A stretch of 64,000 nt of DNA from a virus. Taxonomy: Duplodnaviria > Caudoviricetes. The notes beneath the pieces are model-generated. The model was not told the origin of the DNA, did no database searches, and worked only from the letters and a program-made list of their open reading frames with translations. Within the stretch, counting starts at the first letter, position 1. The number at the start of each line of letters is the position of its first letter. The stretch is from the IMG/VR virus record IMGVR_UViG_2738541308_000001, positions 20,260 through 84,259 of that record. One strand, given 5' to 3'. Of this stretch, positions 49,901 through 59,430 are shown in pieces. The position numbers were made by a program, and so were the translations under genes.

Positions 49901-51722
49901 GGAACCGTGGCCGACGATCGATCCGATCGGTGAAGTCGGCGGCAAGTCCGGCGGAAACATCGCCGACCGGATGATTCATCGTCGCGACGGTGGCGCGGTG
50001 TTCGGTGCAGGTGGCCCGCGCGACGACAAGATCCCCGCCTGGCTTTCCAACGGTGAGCACGTCTGGACAGCAGCAGAAGTTATGGCTGCAGGCGGTCACG
50101 GCGAGGTCGAGCGGATGCGCCGCGAGACCTTGGCCAGCAACTACCGAGACGGGGGTCGGGTCCAGAACAAGGGACCGGCGAAGTTCGCGCTCGGTGGTGG
50201 TGTGATCTTCGGTTCCGACACCGACACCTGGATGGCGCAGGTAATCCAGGACGCGTTCCCGGAAGTGACGATCACGTCCGCTCTTCGCCCCGGCCATTCC
50301 GGCTATCACGGCAAGGGCGGCGCCGTCGACATCGACGGTCCGAACAAGCAGGCCTACGCGGACTGGATCTTCCAGGCGTATCCGCAATCAGCGCAGCTGA
50401 TTTGGGGTCCCGGACCGTTGCTCTACAACGTCGGCGGAAACATGATCACCGACCAGGGCCAGCTCTCGAATCAGGTGTACGCCGGTGACTTGCCTGGTCA
50501 CTGGGATCACGTGCACTGGGCGAACGATTTCCCGCAGGCCGAAATGAGCGACGAGGAAAAGAAGTCGCTGTTCGAACGGTTCACGGGAGCGATCAGCGGG
50601 GCGTTCAACATGGTCCGCAATCAGACCGCGAACCTGTTCGAGCTTCCGGTCAAGGGACTGCGGAAGATGATTCCGGAGTTCTCGGAATTTGGCATGTTCG
50701 GGCAGATTCCGCTCGCCGTCTACGACAAGTTGACGGACGCGGCTTTGACGATCGTCCGTGGCAAGTCAGCCACTTCCGGTGGTGGAGATGTCCCGTACGA
50801 CAAGAACTCTGGTGCGGAACAGTGGCGACCCCTCGTGGAGAAGCTGTTCGACGAAAAGGGTATCGACCGGTCATTGGTCGACAAGTACCTGTACCAGATC
50901 CAACGGGAATCCGGCGGCGACCCGAACGCGATCAACGACTGGGACGTCAACGCGCAGAACGGTGTCCCATCGAAAGGTCTCGCTCAGGTCATCGACCCGA
51001 CGTTCCAGTCGTACAAGGACCCAGGGTTCGACGACATCTGGGATCCGGAATCGAATCTCCGTGCGTCGCTGAACTACCTGCTTCGTGACCCGAAGTTCGG
51101 TGGGCAAGGTGTCGCAGCGTTGACCGGTGCCGGATACGACCAGGGCGGGGTCTTCAAGGACAAGACCTTCGGTTTCAACCTCTCCGGAAAGCCCGAAGTC
51201 GTGTTCACGGACGATCAGTGGCGGTTGCTGCAGCAGTACATCCCGGCAGTGACAGGTCAACCGCTGACCACACCTGAATCGCCGTCGGTAGCACCTGCTC
51301 TCGCAGGTGATCCGGCAGCACCAGTTCCGGGTGCGGCGGCGTTCGATCCGCAGGCGTACATGAACACACGCCTGGATAAATACGGCAAGGACGTCGGCAA
51401 GATCGGTCAGGACGCTCTGCTCGAAATCTTCGGGCTCAAGGGCACTCCCATCGATCCGAACAGCTACTACCGACAGGCCTTTGAGCAGGCGTCGAAGGCC
51501 ACAGTGCCGTCGGCGGGTGCTGCTCCCGGTCTCACCGCCGGGTCGCAGTACAACGTCGGCACCACCAATCGACCGGACCAGATTTACGCCGGTGACGGCG
51601 CTGCCCCGGTCGACCAGTCCACAACCATCAATATTCAGGTCCAGTCCGTCGAAGAGGCATTCGCGAAAGCGAAAACCTATGCGGCGCAGCTGGCCCTGCA
51701 GCACGGGGCGAGGTGGAGCTAG
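46905..51722 (+). CDS. Tape measure protein with C-terminal peptidoglycan hydrolase domains
   Basis: 1605 aa Ala-rich coiled coil; SGYHGKG.AVD..HWDHVH peptidase-like; RESGGDPNAINDWD..SKGLAQ SLT-like. Confidence 0.95.
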   Translation: MADSYNAGSARLIVEPELSANFHERLRFLVNSRRVDATVQVEPNLAGFHQRVRNGTRNMPAVEVDITPNLTGLRNRVRTQLQGMEADVTVRADLDLTRAHAQMQAFRASIRDVHMNLDIDTGAAMTQVAALTAQVLALEALIRGMPPIPAGGGGGGAGGGAGAALSGIASGAGLAKIALVALGAVSLVPLIGQLVQAAGVVALLPAMGAAAAATFATIAVGATGIKDAFEAGKEAAKNSAKESAAAAKQTEAAQRSLADAIDAVEQAEKGHTRALREVESAEKNNRRAVADAELAQKSLTQARKAATEQIEDMNLALKRSSLDEEDALLGVQESWERLVEARSSGDTTPTQLRRADLAYRQQVQRLTEVREANQDLRAEVADVNAKGVEGADQVVAAQQAVVDADDRVVDSKQAIVDAQDRVAESQRGIERALDNVAVAQQNLNDTMAAGSPSLEKYNEALANLSPNARQFVEMTRGMSDAWKELRFSVQDALFDGMGQKFSELGGTYMPILTDGLTALADVLNTKLKSAMDWLMTDGVKDDISQILTNTAEALGPLLDGLGNLGSALLDLSAVGSDFLPSITGAFEEGTGNFAEMIHSMRTTIDENGKSQLHNFMQEAIDTFAQIWRIIKGIGELAGNMFAGSDEVGESWLDSIESTLDRWNEFLGTPEGREEIKKFFEDVKSIVESIMGIISTAAGLLGTFRPARSSDDGEQGDAPGKVPEQLEPGQAQRAGALRQVWDGADNDGGWWGKTSRGVNSFFGYNNEKDEYDGGLWNKDHGGWGGAINRGLSGVGDFVSGGAWDWIGAEEGQSPAAALWEKSINAAKEAWDGFTGSVGDKVEDTKKWFGDVSSRIGEIGSSAITGLRDGAKAKWDELCSRVSDGWNNTIRPAWDTLRNEGLGGLANDFLSKITNGAVTDWKNLPSAIGSGIADIVEKHFPGFRGALDELRNFFGGIVSAIGDIWDGLRERLAGPINFVIDTVLNNGLGKAWNAVAGLLDLEPWPTIDPIGEVGGKSGGNIADRMIHRRDGGAVFGAGGPRDDKIPAWLSNGEHVWTAAEVMAAGGHGEVERMRRETLASNYRDGGRVQNKGPAKFALGGGVIFGSDTDTWMAQVIQDAFPEVTITSALRPGHSGYHGKGGAVDIDGPNKQAYADWIFQAYPQSAQLIWGPGPLLYNVGGNMITDQGQLSNQVYAGDLPGHWDHVHWANDFPQAEMSDEEKKSLFERFTGAISGAFNMVRNQTANLFELPVKGLRKMIPEFSEFGMFGQIPLAVYDKLTDAALTIVRGKSATSGGGDVPYDKNSGAEQWRPLVEKLFDEKGIDRSLVDKYLYQIQRESGGDPNAINDWDVNAQNGVPSKGLAQVIDPTFQSYKDPGFDDIWDPESNLRASLNYLLRDPKFGGQGVAALTGAGYDQGGVFKDKTFGFNLSGKPEVVFTDDQWRLLQQYIPAVTGQPLTTPESPSVAPALAGDPAAPVPGAAAFDPQAYMNTRLDKYGKDVGKIGQDALLEIFGLKGTPIDPNSYYRQAFEQASKATVPSAGAAPGLTAGSQYNVGTTNRPDQIYAGDGAAPVDQSTTINIQVQSVEEAFAKAKTYAAQLALQHGARWS

Positions 51723-52643
51723 TTGTTCGATTCGACAGCCAAGGTGGAAATCTTCGGTTGCGACGGGTCGTACTTCTGCCTCGCGGGTGAGGGTCAGGGC
51801 GCCGAAGGGGTGTACCTGTCCACCAACCCGCGAGGCATTTACGACGCACCGGTGTCGACGATCTGGAAGTCTTCGGCCTTCCAGATCGGCGGCAGCTACC
51901 GAGGCAAACGCATTAACCAACGCGAAGTCGTGTTCGGCGTCGAAATTCTCGGAGACTCGTCCGAGGAATGGGAGGAGAACGACTCCCGATGGCGCAAGGC
52001 CTGGGACTACGAAATCGATCCGTGGGACCCCAACGGATCTCAGACTCGGATGCGGATCACCACCGAACGGTCCGGGCCAAGGGATCTGCTGCTCCAGCTC
52101 TCCGAGAACCCGGACTTCGCATCAGACAAAGATCCACGCCTGACCGGCCACGGCACCGTGCCGATGACCGCGATCGCCGGGCAACCGATGTGGTTCCAGG
52201 AAGACGAACTCGACGGATGGAAACTGACCAGCGGCACGTCCGGGGCCGGGACCGTCACAATCTCGAACCCGACCGACCAGCCGATGCTCATCAAATGGAT
52301 CGTGACCGCGCCGGGAACATGGACACTTCCTGATTTTTCCTGGGTCGGCCGCAAATACGAACGCGTACCCGGTGGGAAGTATCCGACTCGGACAGTCAAA
52401 CTACCCGCCCTGTCGGCGTCGGAAGGCGGCGCGACGGTCGATCTCGACCCGATGAAGTTGATGGTTCGAGACGTCAACAACACGAACCTGCTCGGCCGGA
52501 TGGGCGGCAGATTCTTTCTGCACAAGATCCCGCCCTACACGCCCGAGACGCTGCTCCCGGTCTCAGTGACCGGCGCGGCACCCGGGGCGGGAGTGGTCCT
52601 GCGTCAACCCCGCCGCTGGTCTCGACCATGGGGCCTCGAATGA
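51723..52643 (+). CDS. Distal tail (minor tail) protein
   Basis: After TMP; WTLPDFSW, IPPYT, WSRPWGLE. Confidence 0.88.
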   Translation: MFDSTAKVEIFGCDGSYFCLAGEGQGAEGVYLSTNPRGIYDAPVSTIWKSSAFQIGGSYRGKRINQREVVFGVEILGDSSEEWEENDSRWRKAWDYEIDPWDPNGSQTRMRITTERSGPRDLLLQLSENPDFASDKDPRLTGHGTVPMTAIAGQPMWFQEDELDGWKLTSGTSGAGTVTISNPTDQPMLIKWIVTAPGTWTLPDFSWVGRKYERVPGGKYPTRTVKLPALSASEGGATVDLDPMKLMVRDVNNTNLLGRMGGRFFLHKIPPYTPETLLPVSVTGAAPGAGVVLRQPRRWSRPWGLE

Positions 52644-52659
52644 GCCAGGAGGTGCGCCG

Positions 52660-54397
52660 ATGACAGCTCCCCTGATCGACGAGGACCTTCTCGCGCAGTG
52701 CAACGCGATCTGGGCCGCGACAACTGAGCAGGAACGGGAAGAGACGCAACGTCGCCTCGAACCGCCACTGCTACGGCTCTGGGACGGCGACTACAAACTC
52801 CAGCACGTCGTCGCGTGCGAGTACTCGGCGAACTTCGAGTGGATCAACAACGACTCGGGAACCGGATCCACCGAGATCCCGTTCGACTCCGAAGCAGCAA
52901 TGTGGATCTGGGACGTCAAAGCGCGGATGGCGCGCGGCGAGAAGCGAAACATCCACATCACCGTCGACAAGGACGGTGCGCGCTGGTCCGGACGCATGCA
53001 GGACTTCTCGGTCCAGAAACGCGAGGACGGCACCGTTGTCCTCGTCGTCCGGTGGATGCACGACTACGAAAACCTCAAGTGGTATCAAGTTTGGTCAAAT
53101 CCGAATCTGCCTGCCGCACTACAGTTTCCGCGTGTATTTATGCTCGCCGGGCCAGCAATTTGGGCTTTGAAGCTCAGTCTGTTCCTCCAGATCAAGCGTG
53201 AAAACCGTTCAGCGTGGGCACTTTCCGACGATCCGCTCAATATCTCGTCGTGGGGTTCCGGGCTCGACATGTCCAACTGGAATGTCGTCGTCAAACCCAC
53301 CAGCTTCATGGACGACCTCAACGCAGGCACCTTGTGGGCGATCGTCTCGTCGCGGTGGAAGACCTGGCACGACATGGCGAAGCGTCCCCTCGAGGACGCC
53401 GAACTGACTGTCGTCGTCCGTCGATACCTCGAAGGCGACCCGCTGCCTTGGCCAGGAGCGAACCTGCGCCATGGCGCACTCGTCATCGACATCGTCGACA
53501 AGTCCGGTTACTACACCGGAACGTCCAACGGTGGCAACCTATACTCCGGTCTCACACGTGCAGTCGCGAAGTTCGCCGACGACTTCATCGACTCCACACT
53601 CGACCTGATCGTCGATGCCGACGTGCCCGGCGACTACTTCATGCCCGGCTACAAGTCGACACACGTGTCGATGCCCTACGTGATCTACCGCGAGGGCGAA
53701 GAGACCGGCATACGCTCGTCGACCTTCACGTACTCACCTTCTACAGCGGTTCAAGTAAACGCGGGCGGACACTCGATGCCGGGGGTCGTCTAGCCCCACT
53801 CGTTGATTCGGGTGGGGCTAGACGATCTCAATCGTCAACGAATTGCTTTCCGCGACTATCCAGATGCTCGGGGATCTCACTGCGATGATCCCCGGCGTGC
53901 CGCCTCTCGGCGGTGCTGCTGACGCGGTGCTCAAACCGCTCTACACGGACACCATCTTGGCGTGGATGTCCGTCGATTCACCTCAGCGCAAAAACAATTC
54001 GGGGTGGTCACGGTACTTCGAGTACTTCCAGGACGGCGCTGACAAGGCGTACACACTCAGCTCCCTCCTGGTGCTCCGTGCCGGCTTCTACGCGACCAAG
54101 ACGTGGTTCACACACGAACTCGCCATCTCTGACGCGGCTCCATTCCTCGTCGGGGACAACGGACTCGGTCACTTCTTCCTCGGTGATCGAATCGGCGCCA
54201 CGATCCCTGGTGACTTCACCGGGGAGGTGTACGTCGATCGGGTGTGCAGGCTCTCGCTGGCCTGGGACCGCGACGCGAATCCCGAATGGATGCCGGTCAT
54301 CGGCGACAACCGCGCGCTGCAGGACCCAGGGCAGCGCGCCATGGAACTGATCGAAGACATCAAGGCGGCAATACACGACCTCGGTGTCAATTTCTGA
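52660..54397 (+). CDS. Minor tail (hub/Tal-like) protein interrupted by 46-nt insert at 53791-53836
   Basis: ORF1 ends GGHSMPGVV-stop; downstream frame resumes NELLSATIQ...LYTDTILAW...GHFFLGDRIG; fused length 563 aa. Confidence 0.85.
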
Positions 54398-54412
54398 ACC
54401 AAGGAGACTCAC

Positions 54413-55045
54413 ATGTCAGTCGACGAGTTCCCGTTGCGGGACAACTCAAATCTGGACGATCCGGAAGAGATGTTCCTGCATCTCCTCGTCGGACTGCCCG
54501 GGATGAAGGGTGCGCCACTCCCATTCCCGGTGTCGTACCTGCGTCAGGTGTCGCGCCGCCTTTACGACGGCGGCGCGCGCCTGGTCGCAGACCCCACCAT
54601 CGAGTACCACCCGCCACGAACCGGCGACGTCAACTCGATGTTCTCGGCAGGCACGTGGAAGCCGGTCGGCACCGCGAAAGAACCACCGATCGACGTCGAC
54701 ATCTCCAGACTTCCCGACTCCATCCGAAAAGAGCTCGTCCGGCAGCTCATCGCGTCCGGTGAGATCCCCGGGATCGACCCCACTGTCGGACAGGACATCC
54801 CCGACATCCTTCGCGGTCCGAACGCGCCGGAGAAACCGAAGGCGGAATCGAAGTCCGACCCGAAGTCTGTGCCCGCCGAGGACCTCCGTATCCGCGTCCG
54901 TGAAGTCGCGAAGCAGTGCGGAGTCTCGAACAAGGCCGCGCTCAAAGCCCTCAAGGAAATCGGGAGCGACGTCAAATCCGTCAACGCGGCGATCGATCGC
55001 AGTACCGCATTCAAGTTGTACGGCCTTCTGGCCCAACCACGTTAG
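54413..55045 (+). CDS. DUF2744-like tail-region protein with C-terminal IF2_N-like domain
   Basis: DPEEMFL..LVGLPG..GAPL; IRVREVAKQCGVSNK. Confidence 0.8.
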   Translation: MSVDEFPLRDNSNLDDPEEMFLHLLVGLPGMKGAPLPFPVSYLRQVSRRLYDGGARLVADPTIEYHPPRTGDVNSMFSAGTWKPVGTAKEPPIDVDISRLPDSIRKELVRQLIASGEIPGIDPTVGQDIPDILRGPNAPEKPKAESKSDPKSVPAEDLRIRVREVAKQCGVSNKAALKALKEIGSDVKSVNAAIDRSTAFKLYGLLAQPR

Positions 55046-55054
55046 GAGATAGCC

Positions 55055-56122
55055 ATGGAATGGACAGGCGATCCCGTATTTCTCGAACAGGTCATTCGAG
55101 ATGCGGGAGTAAGTGTCAGCCTCTATCCCGGCGCCCTTGATCGAGGGCAGGGCGATTTCTACAAAATCTGGGGGATTGTCGACCATCACACTGGCGCACC
55201 AGTCGGAAGTAACCCTGGACCCGGCGCAATCGCGAAACACCCCACCCTTGGCCTCGCATCCCAGATTCACTTGTCCCGCAAGGGCATCGCAACCATCTGC
55301 GGTGTCGGCATCGCCTACCACGCAGGAGCGGGTTCCTGGCCCGGCATCGCCCAGAACGCAGCAAACCAGGTCACGATCGGCATCGAGGCCGAGAACAGCG
55401 GTACCGAAGGCTGGTCATCCGAACAGTATTGGGCGTACGTCCGCATCAATGCGGCGATTCTCCGCAAGCTCGGGCATCCGTCTTCTCGCACGATCGGCCA
55501 CAAGGAATGGGCGAAGGTCCAAGGCAAGTGGGATCCGGGCGGGATGGACATGGATAAGTTCCGCGCGGACGTCGGCAACGTGATCGCGGAACTGAACGGC
55601 GTCAAGCCTGACGTGCCGGTCATCGAAAACCAGATCGACCGTGTCCGGTTCTTTTCCGACTGGCTCGGCAATCGCCTCCACGACGGAGAACGCAAGTGCA
55701 AGGACGGAGTCGGCCGATACGCGGACTTCGAGAACGGCTCGATCTACTGGCACCCCGACACCGGTGCGGTACCGGTGCCGAAGCTGGTCTACGAGGTATG
55801 GGCAGCGCGAGGTTGGGAGATCGAATTCCTGGGCTACCCACAGCGGTTCCACGTCGTATACGAGAACGAAGGCGACCTGCAGAGCTTCCAGGGCGGCACG
55901 ATCGCCCGCCGCTACGGCACCCCCGGCTACGTCTGCCACGGCGTCATCGGACGCCGATGGATCGAAGAAGGCGGCGTCCGCGACGTCAACGGTCAGCCCA
56001 CACAACTCGGCTGGCCGACATCGGACGAATACGACCATGAAGGTGGCCGGCGTCAGGACTTCGAGCACGGCTCCTTGGTCTGGCATCCGTCCGGAGCGAT
56101 CAAGATCGTGAGGAGCGCCTGA
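55055..56122 (+). CDS. Endolysin (amidase_2 + LGFP repeats)
   Basis: HHTG, YHAGAG, IGIEAEN, GHKEW, GKWDPG; LGYP/LGWP repeats. Confidence 0.93.
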   Translation: MEWTGDPVFLEQVIRDAGVSVSLYPGALDRGQGDFYKIWGIVDHHTGAPVGSNPGPGAIAKHPTLGLASQIHLSRKGIATICGVGIAYHAGAGSWPGIAQNAANQVTIGIEAENSGTEGWSSEQYWAYVRINAAILRKLGHPSSRTIGHKEWAKVQGKWDPGGMDMDKFRADVGNVIAELNGVKPDVPVIENQIDRVRFFSDWLGNRLHDGERKCKDGVGRYADFENGSIYWHPDTGAVPVPKLVYEVWAARGWEIEFLGYPQRFHVVYENEGDLQSFQGGTIARRYGTPGYVCHGVIGRRWIEEGGVRDVNGQPTQLGWPTSDEYDHEGGRRQDFEHGSLVWHPSGAIKIVRSA

Positions 56123-56388
56123 TGGGACAGCACTCAGCACCCGAACTGTCTACACAGTCCCGCTACCCCTGGCGTGCGACTCTCCGCACCGTTGTCGCGT
56201 TCCTCATCGCGATTCTCCCGTATGTCGCAGCGGCGCTATCGGACGCCTCCGCAGAGGCACAAGGCGGCGCTGCAATCGCAGCCCTCCCGATCATCATGGC
56301 CATCACCAGATTTCTCGCGCGACCCGAAGTCGATGCACTTCTCAAGCAGTACTTCCCACCGTTGGCGACAACGCCGAAAGAGCGGTGA
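56122..56388 (+). CDS. Holin
   Basis: PWRATLRT, two TM helices, coupled to endolysin. Confidence 0.8.
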   Translation: MGQHSAPELSTQSRYPWRATLRTVVAFLIAILPYVAAALSDASAEAQGGAAIAALPIIMAITRFLARPEVDALLKQYFPPLATTPKER

Positions 56389-56780
56389 CCGGCATGTCAG
56401 GGGCACGAATCGTGTCACTGATCATGGGCCTGGTGGCGATCCTCGTCGGAATCGTCTACTGGGGACCAACAGAGTGGGTTCGTCGCCCTCTACCGCCGAA
56501 CCAGACATCACTGGTCCAGGTGGTGGAGGGCTTCGGCCCGGTCTGGCCGATCATCTTCGTCGTCACAGGTGCAGCGCTGGTCTGCGCCGCAGTTCTCGGA
56601 CGCTACGCAGTTCACGCCCACGTCATCGGCATTTTCGGCTGGATGTTCTACGGCGTCCTGATCCTCCTCGGCTCTCTGCAATCTGAACCACCAGCACCGA
56701 TCGTCACCGGACTCATCGGAATCGGCGTCGCTGCAATCCACTTCGGAATGACTCGAGTGCACCAGGAGGTGGGTGAGTGA
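56385..56780 (+). CDS. Multi-TM membrane protein of lysis cassette
   Basis: Four hydrophobic segments. Confidence 0.75.
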   Translation: MTGMSGARIVSLIMGLVAILVGIVYWGPTEWVRRPLPPNQTSLVQVVEGFGPVWPIIFVVTGAALVCAAVLGRYAVHAHVIGIFGWMFYGVLILLGSLQSEPPAPIVTGLIGIGVAAIHFGMTRVHQEVGE

Positions 56781-57088
56781 GCGCAGAGTCCTTGGGTGTC
56801 ATCCTCGCGCTGATCGTCGCATTCGGCACCGCAGTCGCGGGCGCCGTGACGGCGTGGAAGCGCGCACCTCAAGACAACATTGCCACCTTGGCGGCTCGCG
56901 TCGCCGCACTCGAAAGAAAGGTCGAGGAACGCAATGCCGTCATCGACCACATGGACCGGTGGCAGTTGGCGGCTCGAACGTACATCGCTCAACTCCGAAA
57001 CGCCCTAGCCGACCGCGGCATTGAATCCCCTCGGCCACCAGCGGATCTGGAAATCGCTCCCAGGGTGATCGACGATGACCAGTCCTGA
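56777..57088 (+). CDS. Membrane-anchored coiled-coil lysis-region protein
   Basis: N-terminal TM, coiled coil. Confidence 0.75.
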   Translation: MSAESLGVILALIVAFGTAVAGAVTAWKRAPQDNIATLAARVAALERKVEERNAVIDHMDRWQLAARTYIAQLRNALADRGIESPRPPADLEIAPRVIDDDQS

Positions 57089-58127
57089 TCGGGCGCAACC
57101 CGAAGGCGCGATCGGAATCGGCCAGTTCCGATCGTGGCAGTTGATGACAGAAGCAGACGCGAAAGCTCAAATGTCGGGTGGCGTTCGAACGTCGTTCAAC
57201 AACGCGCAGAACAAGTTCAAGACCTCGGGGCGCTCCTTGTCTGAGCAATTGGCGATCGTGAATGACCACACCCAGCAGATCGAAGAGCTCAGGGCTGAAC
57301 TCGGTCAGCTAACTATCTGGGGTAACAGTCGCGTATTCACCTCCAACAACACTTATTACGCGAGTCCGGGCACCATCCGCGCCGAGGTCATCATGCTCGG
57401 AGCTGGGGCAGGCGGCGGTGCGGGTCGCTATGACTACGTTCTCGGCGCAGGCGGCGCTTCCGGTGGGGGCGGCGGCGGTGAAAACCACTTCGTCATTCCC
57501 GGCAGCGTCCTCTTCGACAGTCAAGGCAACGCCAAGGCAATCCCGATCATCATCGGTGCCGGAGGAACTGGCGCACAAGAGACTCGCGGTGCCGGACAAG
57601 GCGGCGGCAACACCCAAATCCTCGACATAATTGTCGGAGGCGGAAACGGCGGAAGCTACGCCCAGAGCACGATCCCGCCTCCTGGCGGCTTCGGGATGAT
57701 TCCCGGCGGCGACGGCGGCCGAACGTATTGGATTGAGTCCACCGGAGAAAGCAGCTCCGTAGTTCACCCGCAGACCCCGGGCGGCGGCAGTGTCTCGCCA
57801 TACGACATGCACGGTGGAGGAGGCGGCGGCGGCGCAGGCGGGGACAAGGGCAACAACCAATACTCCGTCGGCACCAATGGCGGCAATGGCGGCGTATCCC
57901 CGGGAGGTCGGCAAGGAAGTCCCAACGGCTCGAACCCTTCCGAGTTGCTTGCCACCGGTGGTGGCGGAGGTTGGGGTCAGAACGGCAACTGGGGCGGCAC
58001 CGCTGGTCACGGAGGCTTCCCCGCCGGCGGCGGCGGCGGTGGTTGCGGTGGTGGCGGACCCGACTCGTGGGGTCGGGGCGGTAACGGTGCGCCGGGCTGC
58101 ATCTGGATCATCGAGCACGCCTCATGA
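57075..58127 (+). CDS. Glycine-rich minor tail protein
   Basis: MTSPD start, GAGAGGG repeats. Confidence 0.85.
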   Translation: MTSPDRAQPEGAIGIGQFRSWQLMTEADAKAQMSGGVRTSFNNAQNKFKTSGRSLSEQLAIVNDHTQQIEELRAELGQLTIWGNSRVFTSNNTYYASPGTIRAEVIMLGAGAGGGAGRYDYVLGAGGASGGGGGGENHFVIPGSVLFDSQGNAKAIPIIIGAGGTGAQETRGAGQGGGNTQILDIIVGGGNGGSYAQSTIPPPGGFGMIPGGDGGRTYWIESTGESSSVVHPQTPGGGSVSPYDMHGGGGGGGAGGDKGNNQYSVGTNGGNGGVSPGGRQGSPNGSNPSELLATGGGGGWGQNGNWGGTAGHGGFPAGGGGGGCGGGGPDSWGRGGNGAPGCIWIIEHAS

Positions 58128-58894
58128 CCAAGTGCATCGAAACCGTCTACACAACTTCCGGTACACACACCTGGCACCCCGACACCTTCGCATTCGACCT
58201 CTACATGTTTGCCGCCGGCGGTGGTGGCGGCTCGGGGACATCACACACATCTGCAGGTAGCCGAATCCCCGGTCCTGGCGGCGGAGGCGGCTCGGTGATC
58301 CAGCTCCTCTCTCAGCAGCGCAAAAGAGTCGATGACCATGTGGCGGTGACTATCGGCATCGGGGGACTGGGCGCCGCGCAGGCGGCGTCGGCCAACGGTT
58401 CGTTCAACCCAGGGGAGGACGGCGGGATCACTCAGTTCGGCGACATCGCAACCGTGCCAGGTGGCGGTGGGGGAGGCCTCCTCTCCGGGAACCGCGTCGG
58501 TGGCAGTGGATCGATCTCTCCTGGCAGTCGCGGCGGCAACGGCGGCGGTAACGGAGGTCCAGGGGAGTTGTCCGATTCGACACCGGTACGCCAAATCTCG
58601 GGCGGCGGTGGTGGCGGCTCGGGGAATCAGGCGGGTGGTGGTTCCGGCTGGAACAACCCCGGTGTTGCGGCCGGTGCGGCTGGACGCAACGCGAACGTCG
58701 TCACGGCGTGGTGGTCGTATCTCGCCTCTGGTACGGGCGGCGGCGGCGGAACCGCCGCGAGCCCAGTCGGAAAGAACGGCGGATACCCGAGCGGCGGGGG
58801 CGGTGGTGGATACCAATCCGCGGTCGGAGCCGCAGGCGGGTCCGGCGCAGACGGACGGATCGTCGTCGTCGAATACTTGAAGGAGACAGAATGA
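58124..58894 (+). CDS. Glycine-rich minor tail protein
   Basis: GGGGG repeats, GADGRIVVVEY end. Confidence 0.82.
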   Translation: MTKCIETVYTTSGTHTWHPDTFAFDLYMFAAGGGGGSGTSHTSAGSRIPGPGGGGGSVIQLLSQQRKRVDDHVAVTIGIGGLGAAQAASANGSFNPGEDGGITQFGDIATVPGGGGGGLLSGNRVGGSGSISPGSRGGNGGGNGGPGELSDSTPVRQISGGGGGGSGNQAGGGSGWNNPGVAAGAAGRNANVVTAWWSYLASGTGGGGGTAASPVGKNGGYPSGGGGGGYQSAVGAAGGSGADGRIVVVEYLKETE

Positions 58895-59430
58895 ACATAG
58901 CGACACCAGTTATTGATTGCGGCGGATTCGCCGGTCCTGCAAGAGCATTCCGCGTGACACCGCCACTTCGTGACCCCTCGAACGGCCGAACCTTCGACCA
59001 TGTGATCGTGTGTTTCACCGAGTTCGGTGGCCCGCGGATCGAAGTCTTCGGAGGAACCGAGCATGGCACCGCGCTCCTGATGAATCCGCTGCCTGGTTCT
59101 TGCATCCTTCAACACGCGGTATCTCTGGATGACGCGTGCGTATGGGCTCTGACTACAGCCGGGGGCTACGAAATCGTTCCTCCAGAGGTCATCGAGCCTG
59201 AGGCAGAGCCCGAAACGCTAGAGACACAGGACGTTCCGGGACAGGATTCGTCGCAGTCGAAACCGATACGGGTGTACGCGCTTGCGCAGGAACTCGGCGT
59301 GACATCGGCCGAGATCCTTCAGCGACTCGCTGATCTGGAAATTCCGATCACGAGCGCATCCGCAAACATCGATCCCGATACAGCGCAAATCATTCGAGAT
59401 TTCTACGCAATGATTCCGGAGGTGAACTGA
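58891..59430 (+). CDS. Hypothetical protein with C-terminal IF2_N-like domain
   Basis: PIRVYALAQELGVTSAEILQRL...SASANID. Confidence 0.75.
   Translation: MNIATPVIDCGGFAGPARAFRVTPPLRDPSNGRTFDHVIVCFTEFGGPRIEVFGGTEHGTALLMNPLPGSCILQHAVSLDDACVWALTTAGGYEIVPPEVIEPEAEPETLETQDVPGQDSSQSKPIRVYALAQELGVTSAEILQRLADLEIPITSASANIDPDTAQIIRDFYAMIPEVN

Noticed and set aside
53791-53836. Group I/II intron, intein or simple sequencing frameshift
   Set aside because: Too short for self-splicing introns, contains an in-frame stop, and is a structured 46-nt block with matched flanking codons rather than a 1-nt error
57400-58860. GGC-rich tandem repeats
   Set aside because: Simply encode glycine-rich tail proteins
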